Origin: Octopus sinensis
Taxonomy: Eukaryota
Direction of reading: 5' to 3'
DNA length: 64,000 bases
NCBI RefSeq assembly: GCF_006345805.1
Contig: NC_043011.1
Coordinates: 4,898,001 to 4,962,000 of the forward strand
The notes beneath the pieces are model-generated. The model saw only the letters and a list, made by a program, of their open reading frames with translations, was not told the DNA's origin and ran no database searches. Shown piece by piece: positions 13,424 through 26,951 of the stretch; within the stretch, counting starts at the first letter, position 1; each line of letters starts with the position of its first letter. The position numbers and the translations under genes are program-made.

Positions 13424-13555
13424 TTTATTAAAGCTTCAAAATTATCATACAACTGTTACTCAGAGTTTCACGTCCCTGTTCACCGGACAGCTGTCCAACG
13501 AACGGGAACGTAAAACTGAGTAACAGTTCTGTGATAATTTTGCAGTTTTAATAAA
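13423..13555. mobile_element. Fold-back with two decayed opposed HHR motifs
   Basis: Imperfect palindrome centred at 13490/13491; minus arm CTGT-CCGGTGA-AC..GT-GAAAC-TCTGA-GTA-ACAG. Confidence 0.5.
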
Positions 13556-13649
13556 AAGTGTATTACTCTACCTTTGGTATTCGAGTTCTATTTTGTCCAT
13601 CTTGTTTGCACTAATGTGCTCACGTTGTGTGTGTGTGTGTATAAATATT

Positions 13650-14074
13650 CTTTTATTCTTTTACTTGTTTCAGTCATTTGACTGCAGCCATGCTGGAGCA
13701 CCACCTTTTAGTCGAGCAAATCGACCGCAGGACTTATTCTTTGTAAGCCTAGTACTTAGTCTATAGGTCTCTTTTTGCCGAACCGCTAAGTTACAGGGAC
13801 GTACACACACCAGCATCGGATGTCAAGCGATATTGGGAGGGGGGGGGGACAAACACAGACACACAAACACACACATACACACATATATATATAAATACAT
13901 ACATATATACGACGGGCTTCTTTCAGTTTCCGTCTACCAAATCCACCCACAAGGCATTGGTCGGCCCGGGGCTATAGCAGAAGACACTTGCCCAAGTTGC
14001 CACGCGGTGGGACCGAACCCGGAACCATGTGGTTGGTAAGCAAGCTACTTACAAGACAGCCACTCCTGCGCCTA
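13650..14074 (-). mobile_element. SINE family A, full length
   Basis: Head TAGGCGCAGGAGTGGCTG through tail GAAACAAGTAAAAGAAT. Confidence 0.9.
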
Positions 14075-14087
14075 CAAAGAGTGAGTC

Positions 14088-14205
14088 GCTTACAGCACTT
14101 AGGTTTCCCAAGCGATCACCCATCTAAGTACTCACGAGGCTCGATGTTGCAAAACTTCGTTGATCGGATGAGAACCGATGCTTTCAACGTGATATGGCCG
14201 TAAGC
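14088..14205 (-). pseudogene. 5S rRNA: Dispersed full-length 5S rRNA copy, probably a pseudogene
   Basis: Minus strand reads GCTTACGGCCATATCACGTTGAAAGCATCGGTTCTCATCCGATC...AGTACTTAGATGGGTGATCGCTTGGGAAACC...GTGCTGTAAGC (118 nt), with paired termini. It has several substitutions, no T4+ terminator, and is not in an array. Confidence 0.9.
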
Positions 14206-14208
14206 CAC

Positions 14209-14261
<53 letters not shown>

Positions 14262-17200
14262 TATGTGTGTATATGCGCATGTATGTGCGTGTGTATGTGT
14301 GTGTGCGCGCACGCGTCTCGGCATCGTTCAACAATTGTAAAAGAACATCACCATCATACAAAATGGTGTCGCTCGTTTCCAGTCTTTTGTGAAAATATGT
14401 CTATTTATGGGGGAAATATTACCTTGCATAGAAACTGGCGAAAGTTGGAGACAGGACGAGTATCCGACAGTAGAAAATCAGCCTTAAAAATTTCCGTCTA
14501 ACTAATGCAAGCATGGAGAAGTAGACTTCAAAACTGTGATTATCTTTGTTTTTAAAGGCTTAACGGCCAGAACTAGCATTATGTGAGCTCAAAATTAAAA
14601 TGAACTGTGAGTGTTTTAGCGGGGAAGGGCTCTTTGGGGCCGGAATCTGTATATCGGCTGAATACTCTTCTTAAAGGTCTTGTTTGGATATGTAACGCTT
14701 GAACAGTGGACAGCATTATTAAAGACAAGATTATTTGCATGTAGAAAGATAGAGTGTGGCTGGTTTCATGAAGGGGACGCAAATAATATTTGAACCACGT
14801 CACTCTAAAAGGTTGACACAATGTATGACACAAGCTTGTATAATTCAAAGCTGTAATCAGTTGCAACATCTTTTAATTGATAACACATTTCCTTGATTTG
14901 CAGAGTTAAGTTGAATTCCTCCAGCGAGGAGCTGACTGCCATAGTTATGCGTTCTAATCGGTAGCAAATTTATCTTTCACCAGTTTAATAATAGCTGCCA
15001 AAACAGGATTTGCTTACCATCTATTTATGTAAATCCTTGTCATTCAAGAAAGCTTAGATTAGAAAGGCCATTGACAGACGGCATATCAACATGTTGGCCT
15101 AATTACTTTTACTAATTACTATTTACTTCCAACACTATCGAATCCACGTTCAAATCTTATTATATTTAACAAATTGTTTACCACTTCGTATCTCGATAAA
15201 ACTATGTACAAAGAGTTTATTCATTACATATCCTCTTTTCCTTTCATGTAAATGATGCTCATTTTAAAGTCATTATTTGTTGTTATATAAAGGGAAAGGA
15301 GCTGTTGTTGATGTTGTTGTTGTTGTATTTGCCGTTAAATTTTAGATTAGTTCTGTACAAGCAAATCCATGATCAGAGGCATAGCAGCTGCAGCCATGCC
15401 ATCAAGGAAAACGTTAGACGAAGCAAAGGTTGCGCGAATGAGTCGTTGACAGCTTACTCTGCAGTCTTTATTTCTATGTCACATATTTCTGGGATATTTT
15501 TGTTGGATTTATTTTTAAACTGTTATTTACTGGAAGTTCACTCTCTTTACTCTATTCTTCTCTCAATTTCTGCGAAGAGCGACCGTGAATTAACAACCAA
15601 ACCATCCTCAAATCACATTCTTCCATCTAAAATGAAGAGTACATTGGGGAGTGTAGTTACTAATATACATTAAGAAATGACAGACTGAACATGACTGGAA
15701 CGCCTTTGAGTATTAGTCAGCTCGATCAGGCTTGATCTACGTCAAGACGACAACTGATAAATATGGCATTGGGCCAAGGATGGAGATCCGCTTCTATAAT
15801 ATCTGCTACTAGCGATCAGTAATATTTATATGTTGTAGTCAAAACTGCTGACGTTAGCCATGTTCGCAACGCAGCAAACACAGATTACAAAAAAGGTGGC
15901 GTATTTTATAAATATGCCCGTTCAAGTATCATAATAGCATGAAACTAATAGTAGCTATTTCGGTTGTGTATTTAGTACGGCTTAGGGGCCAGGGCATTCG
16001 GCTCACGATCGTGAGTTCAGTTCCCGGCGACGCGTTGTGTCCTTGAGCAAGACACTTTATTTCACATTGCTTCAGTCCACTCAGCTGGCAAAAATGAGAA
16101 GTACCTGCATTTCAAAGGGCCAGCTTTGTCATACTCTGTGTCTCACTGAATCTCGAGAACTACGTTAGGGTACACGTGTCTGTGGAGTGCTCAACCATTT
16201 GCACGTTAATTTCACGAGCAAGCTGTTCCGTTGATCGTATCAGCTGGGACCCTCGTATTCCATATTCTTATAGGTATCACTTTACTTTGCATTATTTTCC
16301 CATTGTGATACAAATAAAATGAACCAAGTATCTATTATATATTTTTTTCTTCTCCATTTTCTTTTAACTTTATGTATGTATGTATGTTATGTATTATGTA
16401 TGTATGTATTATGTATGTAGTTATGTATGTATGTATGTATGTATTATGTATACACCCTAATATAGAACAGTGACAATGAGTGCTCAGTGCCGCATTGGAG
16501 GATAAATATTCTTTATTTGTTGGTTAATAAGGCTACTAATGGTTTCATATGGAGGGATCTCTTTACACCTTTCAAGCCTACCACCTGGAAATATTGGTAC
16601 TCATCTCCATATGTATGTGTGTATGTGTGTGTGTGGCTGTCTGTATGTATGTATGTGTGTGTATGTATGTCCTTCACTGCTCGATAACAGGTGGTGGTTT
16701 GTTTACGTTCCCGTAACTGTTCGGTAAAAGAGACCGATAGAATGAATATCGTACTTAAAATTAATACTGGGTGCAGTCCAATGATTGAAACTAGTAGAAG
16801 ATAAAAGATAAAATAAGACAAACATTAATGTATCGAAACCTAGGTTCGTCTTGTTTCTGCTCAGCCGAGGTTCCGTGAAAAGCTTTAACCTTTGATACTA
16901 AAGAATTAGTCTACTACTAAAAAATTCCATATTATGTAATGTTTTAGTGGCCAATGAGGGCGCAACTCAGCCCATTGGATCCTATCCTTCTAGCTAATGA
17001 CAATGCAGTAGCATGGTTAATGGTGGTAGGAATGGTCCTTCCCGAGCGACCATTTTATGGGGCAGCAATTTTAGGTCTGCTATAAAAGCCTGTATAGGCT
17101 TTTTGCAACTCATACGCAAGAGCCCGTCCTTGGCGGCACACACACTTGTTTCATACATTACTGTAACAACAATTGGAAAAGTGAAGGGAAATGACTCAAC

Positions 17201-17759
17201 TTAGAGTAGATCTTACAACGCAGACTCTACAAGAAGTTCCGCCGGTGTATATTTCGTTTAAGAAACAGATTGAAATGCAATAAAATAGATCGATACTCGG
17301 TCGCCGGCACCGGATGCCACAACTTATACGAAACATTAAACATACATTAAACATACATTATGAACTTCTTGTTGACAAACAACAGCAGTAATTGTATTCA
17401 TCTCTATAGACATCATTGATTGGTTGGAATTGCCGAAATACGAGAAATTTAACAACAAATAGCTTACAAACTACAGAATTTTCTCAATAAAGCCAAGAGA
17501 AAAAGATGTTTTATGTGACACATTCTACCAGTATACGAAGTTTAAAAGTGTTTAGTTACAAAAAATTATTTTTTAAAGCTGCCGGTCAAAGTGAAAATAT
17601 CCAAATAATGCTTATGGTAGGGGTGTACCATTCAAACTACATTTCACCGTTTTGAGAAATAATTCAGTTCTGGGTATACTGTCTAAGCAGACGTAAAACG
17701 ATGGGAAAGGTCGCGGCGGGGTCACCTTTGACCAGAGGTCTGGCAGTTCATTATCAATG

Positions 17760-17813
<54 letters not shown>

Positions 17814-17974
17814 GTTGCTACTGCAACTACTAACTTCTGCTGCTTCTTCGACTGTTTAATACCCGTTATACTGCGTTCTCTCGCTTGAAACGTCAGAAGT
17901 CAGTTTAGTAAAAGCAATAAAAATAAAGAAGCAATTCAAAGAAAAAGTAGAGAAAGAAAGAGAGAGAAAGAGAA

Positions 17975-18036
<62 letters not shown>

Positions 18037-18454
18037 GGATTTGAGAGCTCGAATGGGATAAACATGTGCAAAGAGAATACTTGACATAAGTGGATCAGGT
18101 TCCAATGATATGGGTGAGGAAATTTGACATGAGATGAGAGGCGGGCAGAGACTTGATACGCCGATACCTAGACATCCATCATGAGGTTCGTGACAGAGAT
18201 GGTGATTCGAGTCTATCTTAACCGAGGTTCGGGTGTTTTCAACGTAGTGGGGAAAATCTTAAATATGTTGTTGTTATTTAGCTACCCAGCTACCCCCAGA
18301 TTAGCCCCAACCCAAGACTATGCAGCCGTGACCGTTCTATCATTTTGTATATCATGAAGTACCCGTGTTCTTTCGCCGCCATACTTTCTTTAAGACGGTA
18401 AAATGTAATCTTAGAGATGTTTGGTTCTTACATTCAGACTCGTCTGATATGTCT

Positions 18455-18675
18455 TTTATCTGTTTCAATCATTAAACTGCGGCCATGCTGGGGCATCGCC
18501 TTGAAGAGTATTTAGTTGAATCGATCCCTGTAATTGTTTTTTTTTTAGCCTGGCGCTTATTCTATCGGTCGCTTTTACTGAACCGTTAAGTTACAGGGAC
18601 ATAAACAAGTCAACACCGGTTGTCAAGTAGCGGTGGAGGACAAACGCACACACAAACACATACACACACACACAC

Positions 18676-18718
<43 letters not shown>

Positions 18719-18853
18719 CGGGCTTCTTTCAATTTCCGTGGACCAAATCCACTCAGTCCGAGGCTGTAGCAGAAGACACTTGGCCAAGGTACCACATAGT
18801 GGGACTGAACTCGGAACTATGGGTTGGGAAGCAAGTTTCTTACCACACAGCCG
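18455..18853 (-). mobile_element. SINE family A
   Basis: Collinear with the other copies. Confidence 0.85.
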
Positions 18854-19569
18854 CTAATTCTTTCATGAATGACAAGGATCAGTTAAACCAGTACTCAGCT
18901 TCGGCACTAGATCAAATCACTCCAGCGTTTAGCGAAAGTGAGATGCCTTTCTCTCGTTTCCTAGCACAAAGCGCTAGTTTAATTCAGGTAATTACTTCGA
19001 AGAAAAAGAAAAAAAGACCTTCTTTTGCCCACAAATATACCTATTTCTTACAACCAGCTGCAGTTGCTATTGTTTAACATCTAGTTAGCCCTAAAGTGTC
19101 AAACCTGTTGTAAGAGGTAGTCCAGCCGTGACTCACCTGCGTTGGTTTTAGACAAGACTAGGACTAGTTTACTCAATGTGTCTGTATCTTTACGTTTAGG
19201 AAATGGTAAGAGACGATTCGAGGGATATTTCGATAACATTTCACTCTCGTTGGTTGTCATAAGCAGGTTTTTAGTGATTTCCAAGGAGTGATCCTTAGAA
19301 ATTACTAAAAACTTGCAAAAGAATTTTGAACTCACGGGAATTTTGAGTAAGTAAATAAGCTCTTGACTCATTCTGTCAATTTAGCTCTACTGTAGTCTTG
19401 CTTTTGAATGAGTAGGCGTGATTCTGTCGGTAAAGGGGTAGGATTTGTGCTAGACATTTTCTATTCTTGTGTATCACGATAACCTCACGCAGCAACGCCT
19501 AGATAACCTCAGCTAGCTTTGTCTACATTACTTCGTTAAGATTTACCAACACAACCATACGTAGATTTG

Positions 19570-19935
19570 CGGGCGTGGCTGTGTGGCAAGAAGCTTGCTT
19601 CCCAACACATAGTTCCGGGTCCAGTCCTATTGCGTGGAACCTTGGGCAATGTCTTCTACTATAGTCACAGCCAGACCAAAAGCCTTGGGAATGGATTTGG
19701 TAGACGAAAACTAAAAGAAGTCCGTCGAATATATGTGTGTCTGTGTTTGTTTTGTGTCTGCATTTGTCTCCCCACTACTGATTGACAACCGGTGTTAATG
19801 TGTTTACGCCCCTGTAACTTAGCCGTTAGGCAAACAAGACCGATAAAATAGGTACTAGGCTTAATAAAAAGTACTGGGGTCGATTCATTCGACTAAAAAT
19901 TCTTCAAGTCGGTACCCAAGTATGGCCGCAGTCTA
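19570..19935 (+). mobile_element. SINE family A
   Basis: Collinear with the other copies. Confidence 0.85.
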
Positions 19936-21093
19936 ATTAGTTCATTCCATTTTGTCCATTTAACCTTATATCCATTTGCCTACAGAATCTCATGCTATAT
20001 AGTTATATTTATATAAATATATAAGAAATCTATACTTATTTAGACTTGTCTAATATAATATAGGTTGACAGTTTTACCCTTAAATCTTAATGTTATTTTA
20101 CCTATAGAAGTTTATTTAGACTTGCCTTTATAAACAGAAGTAGTTTTGCTTATAAAACATCCTGTAGCTTTTGCCTCTGTAACCATATACTTTCTTATTT
20201 AAGCCTTCCAACCGCCATGTAGTGTAGGCAATCGTCAACATTTCTCTACTGTTCTTGACTCTAAGCAGTCGTTTCTGTTCTCTCCAGTTCGATCCCTACT
20301 TTCTCAGATTTGCATCATAAGTTCCACTGAAGCAAGTTTCTCCGCTCCCAGAATTTGATGGTTTTGAATTAATACCGATGCTTCAGTAACTTTGCTTATT
20401 TTTTTTTGTTTCTGGGCAGAGGTGTTGGCCCTTCGCAAACCCATTTTTACCTCTGGTAAAAGGTAGATCATATTAGTCTGGCCCCCTATCCTGAAGAAGA
20501 TGCTGAGCTCATTGTCGTTACGGTTCCCCTAAAAACAGTTAGATCAACATAGTTAACGTTTTCCTTGGACAACTGCAAGTCGACAGTAACAAGGGAAAAT
20601 TACGTGCAAATAGGGATTACAGAGTGTTGACTTTCTGAAAAGAAGGAGTGCTGCTTGCTCTGGGTCCAGAGTGTGAGTAGACACGATATTGATTGCCAGA
20701 GGAGGAGCAATGAGTTAGTCGGGAGTGGTGGTGGTATGTGATCTGTCTCAGCCGAGAAACAGTGGTTGCAACAGTGGAGCAGAGAAGACAACTTTATGTA
20801 ACTATGAATACAAGCATCATGATATCAATAAAGAATCAAACCTATCAATTTCGTGTTGGGGCAGAAACGACCGTCTTTGAAGGGAAGCTGAGTTCGTGGG
20901 AAGGTTTCGATTTTAGTTTGCAGTGCAGCCATTTCATATCAGTGATGTCATTAATGTTGATGTCCTCGAGAAAGGCGCAGATATTACATCGATTTTACTG
21001 CATTTCGATATTATTTTGAGATAAACCAATGAGTTGGGCATGGAGCCAACGCCGGAGCCTCTTCACGATCGCTGGAAACTAGTCGAAATAATA

Positions 21094-21490
21094 CTCTTTA
21101 CTTGTTTCAGTCATTTGACTGTGGCCATGCTGGAGCACCGCCTTTAGTCGAGCAAATCGACCCCAGGACTTATTCTTTGTAAGCCTAGTACTTATTGTAT
21201 TGGTCTCTTTTGCCGAACCGCTAAGTTACGGGGACGTAAACACACCAGCATCGGTTGTCAAGCGATGTTGGAGGGACAAATACACACACAAGTACATACA
21301 CACACACATTCATTGATACATATATACGACGGGCTTCTTTCAGTTTCCGTCTACCAAATCTATTCACAAGGCTTTAGTAGGCCCGAGGCTATAGAAGAAG
21401 ACATTTGCCCAAGGTGCCACGTTGTTGGACTGAACCCGGAACCATTTGGTTCGTAAGCAAACTACTTACCACACAGCTAGTCCTACACCT
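21094..21490 (-). mobile_element. SINE family A, full length
   Basis: Collinear with the other copies. Confidence 0.9.
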
Positions 21491-21872
21491 AATAGCCAAA
21501 TTTCCTTCAATTTCGATGTACCATTATGAAAAAGGTAGGATATGTTGTACAATGTAGTTTCTGATATAGAAAATGACAGGACGTTAACAAATGAAACACC
21601 TTTAAACAGATATCTGTTTGGTCAGAGATGACCTGGAAAGGACAGGCTCTAGAGCTGTTGGATCCCCGGGCGGGCTAAATTTCTGTGCCCTTACATGTAT
21701 GTATGTATGTATGTATGTATGTATGTATGTATGTATGTATGTATGTATGTATGTATGTATGCATGTATGTATGTATGTAAAACGACATGCAAAGGTACAT
21801 GAAGCCCAGTTACAACTACAGCCGGCTATTGCCGGTAAAGTTTTAGATGCCAATTCTGTACAAGACCTCCGT

Positions 21873-22202
21873 ACGTAACTGGTACTTATTTAATCGACCC
21901 CGAAAGGATGAAAGGCAAAGTGGACCTCAGCGGAATTTGAACACAGAACATAGCGGCAGACGAAATACCTATTTCTTTACTACCCGCAAGGGGCTAAACA
22001 CAGAGGGGACAAACAAGGACAGACAAACGGATTAAGTCAATTACATCGACCCCAGTGCGTAAATGGTACTTAATTTATTGACCCCGAAAGGATGAAAGGC
22101 AAAGTCGACCCCGGCGGAATTTGAACTCAGAATGTAAGGGCAGACGAAATACGGCTACGCATTTCGCCCGGCGTGCTAACGTTTCCGCCAGCTCGCCACC
22201 TA
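21873..22202 (-). mobile_element. SINE family B with partial tandem duplication
   Basis: Body repeated after the junction AAAGAAATAG|GTATTTCGTCTGCC. Confidence 0.85.
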
Positions 22203-23539
22203 AAAAGATGTACTATTGTATAAAACTAAATAAACCAATTATCCTTTGAATCACCTTTTTGTCTGGAAAAGGGGTTTCCTTTCCTATCATTTAACTCATT
22301 TCATTTGCCTTTCTTTAGCAAAATATTTTTTATATTATGGCAATAATGGCCAACGGATTATTAATTTGTGTAGCAGCATCCTATAGAATGTTTTGTGTTA
22401 TTTGTTATTTGTTCCGGCTCTCAATCTGAGTTCAAATCCCGCTAAGGCTAACTTTGCCGCTCATCCTATTGTGTTTCACAAATTGACTCGTTTTAGCAGT
22501 GTATTAGCGTTATGTGTGAGAGTCGATGCCTGGCAGTTTCCGTATCGGCTTTATCCGTTTTGAGTTCAAATCCCACCGTCAGAATCAGTGTTGGGCTAAA
22601 GGCAGCCATAAACAAGTGTACAAGTATTGCAGCCGATCAGTCTCAGTACCAAAACACTTGCTGGTAGGAGACCATGCGAGCCAAAATAGTTCACCTCTGA
22701 GAACATAAGACTGAAGATCTAAAGATCCCGTTCAATTTCGGTTTTCGGCTTGACAATTTAGGAAGGCTTTGCTCTTAAAACTTTTATTACTGGATATCAC
22801 TTCGTCTGTGTTTACCTTATGAGTTCATATTCCGCCGAGGTCGACTTTGACTTTCACCCTTTCGGGGTCGATAAAACAAGTCCCAGTGAAGTACTGGGGT
22901 CGATGTAATCGACTAGCCTCCTCCAAAGAAATTTCAGGCTCTGTGCTTGTAGTAGAAAGGGTTAATGGATATCATTGTAGTTTAATTGACTTAGGGAGAT
23001 TGATAGAAATAATGGTTTTACCGGTGACATATATATATATATAAATCGCTACATAATCATCATTATAATAAGATTATGATTACGAGAGAATCTGGCGTTT
23101 CAGATTTAGTTCAGCATATCATATGAAACAAGTTTTGCTAATTTGTTACGTCACTTTATTTCCTGAGTTTAGCTTCATATGTCGATTTTGCCCTAAACAT
23201 TTTGGGAATCGAAACAATAAGTATCTGCCAGGTGTTGCACATCAAGTTTTCCTTGAAATGTGTGACTTTATGCCTAAATCTTGCTTAAAATGTTGGCCTT
23301 ATGACGAAGTTTTGTGTAATTATTGTTTAAGATTAGATTAACTTTGACTGGCAAAATCGAGAGTGAACTAAAATTGCTGGAGTCGAGTTTGTCTTTCATG
23401 ACACTGTGAACGAGAAAATAAGTACCAGTCAAGAACTGATCATGTTTTATTCGATTGTTCTGCTCTTCGAATTTTATGACCTCGCTAAAAATAAAGAAAA
23501 TATTGTTATGTGTAAACCATAAATAGCAGCTTTGCCGCC

Positions 23540-23899
23540 GGCAGCTACTTTCCAGTCATTCATCAAGGATATATCTCTTTAGTAATTCGAGCAAACACTT
23601 GCTTGCGCTCCATACATGAGTGGAATACTCTACTCAGATTGGAGCGTCTTCTCCGTTATTTAGCCATCTCGGCACCCTCTATTTTGTTGATACGCAGGCA
23701 CTTAACATTGCTGGAAAGGAACTGCAGATGGAATTCTTTTGTATACGCAAAGAAAGCTTTTCTCAAACTTACAGTCTTTGATGAACCGTACTATAGTTTG
23801 ACTCACTTTGTCAACCTGTACGTTCCTCAGGCCGAAGGTATTCATAGGAAATTTTTTAATACCATTTCAAATTGCTATATCAAGGAATTATTTTCACGT
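23540..23899 (-). pseudogene. Possible CR1/L2 LINE remnant
   Basis: Only VEYSTHVWSA (LEY.S.VW-like) was recognised. Confidence 0.3.
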
Positions 23900-23910
23900 A
23901 CAAGCTATAT

Positions 23911-24214
23911 CACGTGATCACGTGACCGACCAGACCATCAGATGTTGTTACACATCGCTGGTCACAATGCGTTCGCATTGTTTTAGCCTCCGAATGACGC
24001 CACCCCGCTGGCTAAGCGAGCAGGCCAACAGAAGAAAGAGTGAAAGAAAGAGTGGCGAAAGAGTACAGCAGGGATCACCACCCCCTGCCGGAGCTTCGTG
24101 GAGCTTTTAAGGTGTTTTCGCTCAATAAACACTCACAACGCCCGGTCTGGGAATCGAAACCGCGATCCTACGACCGCGAGACCGCTGCCCTAACCACTGG
24201 GCCATTGCGCCTCC
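23911..24214 (-). mobile_element. SINE family D (tRNA-derived head, CACGTGAT tail); relative at ~56395-56682
   Basis: A box TGGCCCAGTGG, B box GTTTCGATTCC, 11-bp TSD ACAAGCTATAT (23900-23910, 24215-24225). Confidence 0.85.
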
Positions 24215-25005
24215 ACAAGCTATATACTTTCACTTATTCTAAGACTAATAGGACCGAAACCATGTCCAGCGTCATCATCTTGGATACCTTAATACTTTTC
24301 TCATAACTGGAAATGTAATTTTAATCTATTAAAATCTATTTACTTCAGTAAATTAACGCACACTTTATCATAGTTCGGACACACTCCCTTTGCATATCCT
24401 TAATCTATATAAATTTTCCCTTGTTTCGTTAACAAGAATTATCATTAAAGCTAATTACTTTCCTAATTACTGGTGGAATTTCAATTGTTTAATTGTTCGC
24501 TATATTATGTTAGCTTGCTGTTAACTCTGTAGCAGGGATCGGTTACAGAAATGTTCTCAGTGGGCATCGAAACCTTACTAAGAATTCTTCAAAGTTAATT
24601 CTTCAAAGTAGGTAGTAAAGTATTTTACTGTTTCTATATAGTTGTTTATGCCACAATTTGTTTAATGCTGCTTATTTAAGAATTAATAGTCAAGGAAATG
24701 AGAGATAGATGCATGGGGATAATTTTATATCTAAGATATGAGGCACGTATCGGCCGTGGATGAATGTCAAAAAATCAGAAGTGGGCCATCACAAAAATGT
24801 TGCCGATCGCTGCTCTATAAAATACGAATTGAAGAAAAGAGTAACGGAAATCTGAGTACTGCACTGAGCATTGATGATTACATATCGAGCAAATATTTCC
24901 GGCATTTGTCATTAGTATAACTTCAAAAAACTCATAATCAAACGTTCATAACGCGGTACACTTTTGTGTGCGACAAGTTGTAGCATCATGCCAGAGCGCA
25001 CAAAC

Positions 25006-25587
25006 CAGAAGAGAGCATGTGCCTAATTGCATTCTTAGAAATAGCTATCAAAGCTTTCTCAAATCTCACCCATCCGTCTTAATTAAAGAGAGGACACATT
25101 GTGCACGGGTCTCAGTGTATCCGAAGAACTCAGATAGAGACCCTCACTTTTTCGCCACGCTACGTAGACCCTTACTTTTTCGCCACGCTTGTGCGCCAGT
25201 ACGGATACGTGTTATGTGCAGAGGTGATCTGTAACATGTGGTGTGGTGGAGTTTGCATGGACATCCTGGTTTTGATGAACCCATGTGACCACAAAGTTAT
25301 CATGGAGGTTCCAGAAGAGAGCATGTACCTAATTGCATTCTTAGAAATAGCTATCAAAGCTTTCTCAAATCTCACCCATCCGTCTTAATTAAAGGGAGGA
25401 CACATTGTGCACAGGTCTCAGTGTATCCGAAGAACTCAGATAGAGACCCTTACTTTTTCGCCACGCTTGTGTGCCAGTACGGATACGTGTTATGTACAGA
25501 GGTGATCTGCAACATGTGGAGTGGTGGAGTTTGCATGGACATCCTGGTTCTGATGAACCCATGTGACCTCAAAGTTATCATAGAGGT
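25006..25587. repeat. ~305-bp tandem duplication
   Basis: Units start CAGAAGAGAGCATGT at ~25007 and ~25312. Confidence 0.9.
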
Positions 25588-26479
25588 GCGAAAGGAAGTG
25601 AATCAAACTTGTGGCGCAGGGCAGAAGGCCCAGTTGGTACATGTGTAGCAGTAAAGGTCAAACTAGGTCGACACGTTAAAGTTGTTAGCACCAGATAGAA
25701 AAAGCCTGAAGAGTTCAATTCTCATCGCAATATCCCACTTCAAATAGAGATAGAGTTAGTTTTGTATAAGTGTAAATTCCTTGGCTACTAGAGATAAGGT
25801 TGGGCAATTGCCATACAGATGATGCCCTTTGAGTCAGAAACACGTGTCGACGACCATCCTCTCATCTCCAGATTTTAATCATGCACTTTCCCTAATAGCG
25901 TAACAATTTTAGGAAATATTTGATTTTTGAGATTGTTTCCGCTTCTCGTATGGTGCTGCTATTTGGTAATCATGATACATCTTCTAGTGGTGGTGATAGC
26001 TTCAGCAGATCAAGTATTTATGTTTTATATTATTTGATACACCTGTATTTATCTTAATGTCATATAATTTCCCGTTTTGTCCATAGTAACAAGCGGAACA
26101 TGAGAACTCCTTTGTCTGCGAGAAAGCACGCGTTGACAAATAGATTGAAACCAATTGCTTTACCTGTATGTTTACAATTGAACATGTGAATTTATGAAAT
26201 GGTCAACAAAATGTTTGATTTAAAAAAAATATTTAATTTGTAACGTGTTGTTCATCGCATTCGCATTAAATGCATATTGAATACTAAGAACTACACGTTT
26301 CTTTGTATTTTTTTCTGTCATTGAGGGAGTTGTGAGGCGTGCTAAAAATAATAGTTAAATAACGGTTTTTGGATAAACCTTTTAAATTAACAAAAACATT
26401 TATTTACACGAAAGAAAATTACCGGAGAACTTTCATCTACTTCTTCCAAATCTTTTTGTTAAAACTGTATTGAAACAAT

Positions 26480-26951
26480 AATAAATCTCTGAACGAGGTA
26501 TAGACAGTAACTGACGACAATGTGAGGGATATTTGCCATCTCAATATGGCTAACCACTAAGGGTGGGTGTTACTGTAGCTTGTAGCCCCAGGAGAACCTC
26601 TCCTCCAGCTGGTTATAGGCACACTTTCTGTGCCCTATCGGTATTTGCAAAGGGAGGTCATCCTTCCCTCGTCAACCTAAGTGATACGCACGGACTGCAG
26701 TTTCTGGGTCTTGACCCATCATCAGTGTACGACAATCACCGGTTTTCGATGAAAGGAGTCCCAATGCAAATATTTATATCCTTTTTCCAGTAACTTTTCG
26801 TCACTGATCTTGAAAAAGTGTATACAAGCAATAGTAAATCTCTGAACGAGGTATAAACAGTAACTGCACGACAATGTGAGGTATATTTGCCATCTCAATA
26901 TGGCTAACCACTAGTGGTTAGCCATATTGAGATGGCAAATATACCTCACAT
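26480..26951 (-). mobile_element. Retrozyme/Penelope-pLTR-type insertion with TSD
   Basis: ~353-bp period partial tandem repeat with one HHR and a terminal palindrome centred at ~26912. Flanked by a 14-bp direct repeat TGTATTGAAACAAT (26466-26479, 26952-26965). Confidence 0.75.
26681..26739 (-). ncRNA. Type I hammerhead ribozyme
   Basis: Minus strand CGTACA-CTGATGA-TGGGTCAAGACCCA-GAAAC-TGCA-GTC-CGTGCG. Complete core, stem II hairpin, palindromic stem III, GUC cleavage triplet. Confidence 0.85.

Noticed and set aside
24130-24214. tRNA-like sequences (also 33826-33900, 47016-47090)
   Set aside because: SINE heads continuing into SINE bodies, one with a TSD; the cloverleaf is imperfect
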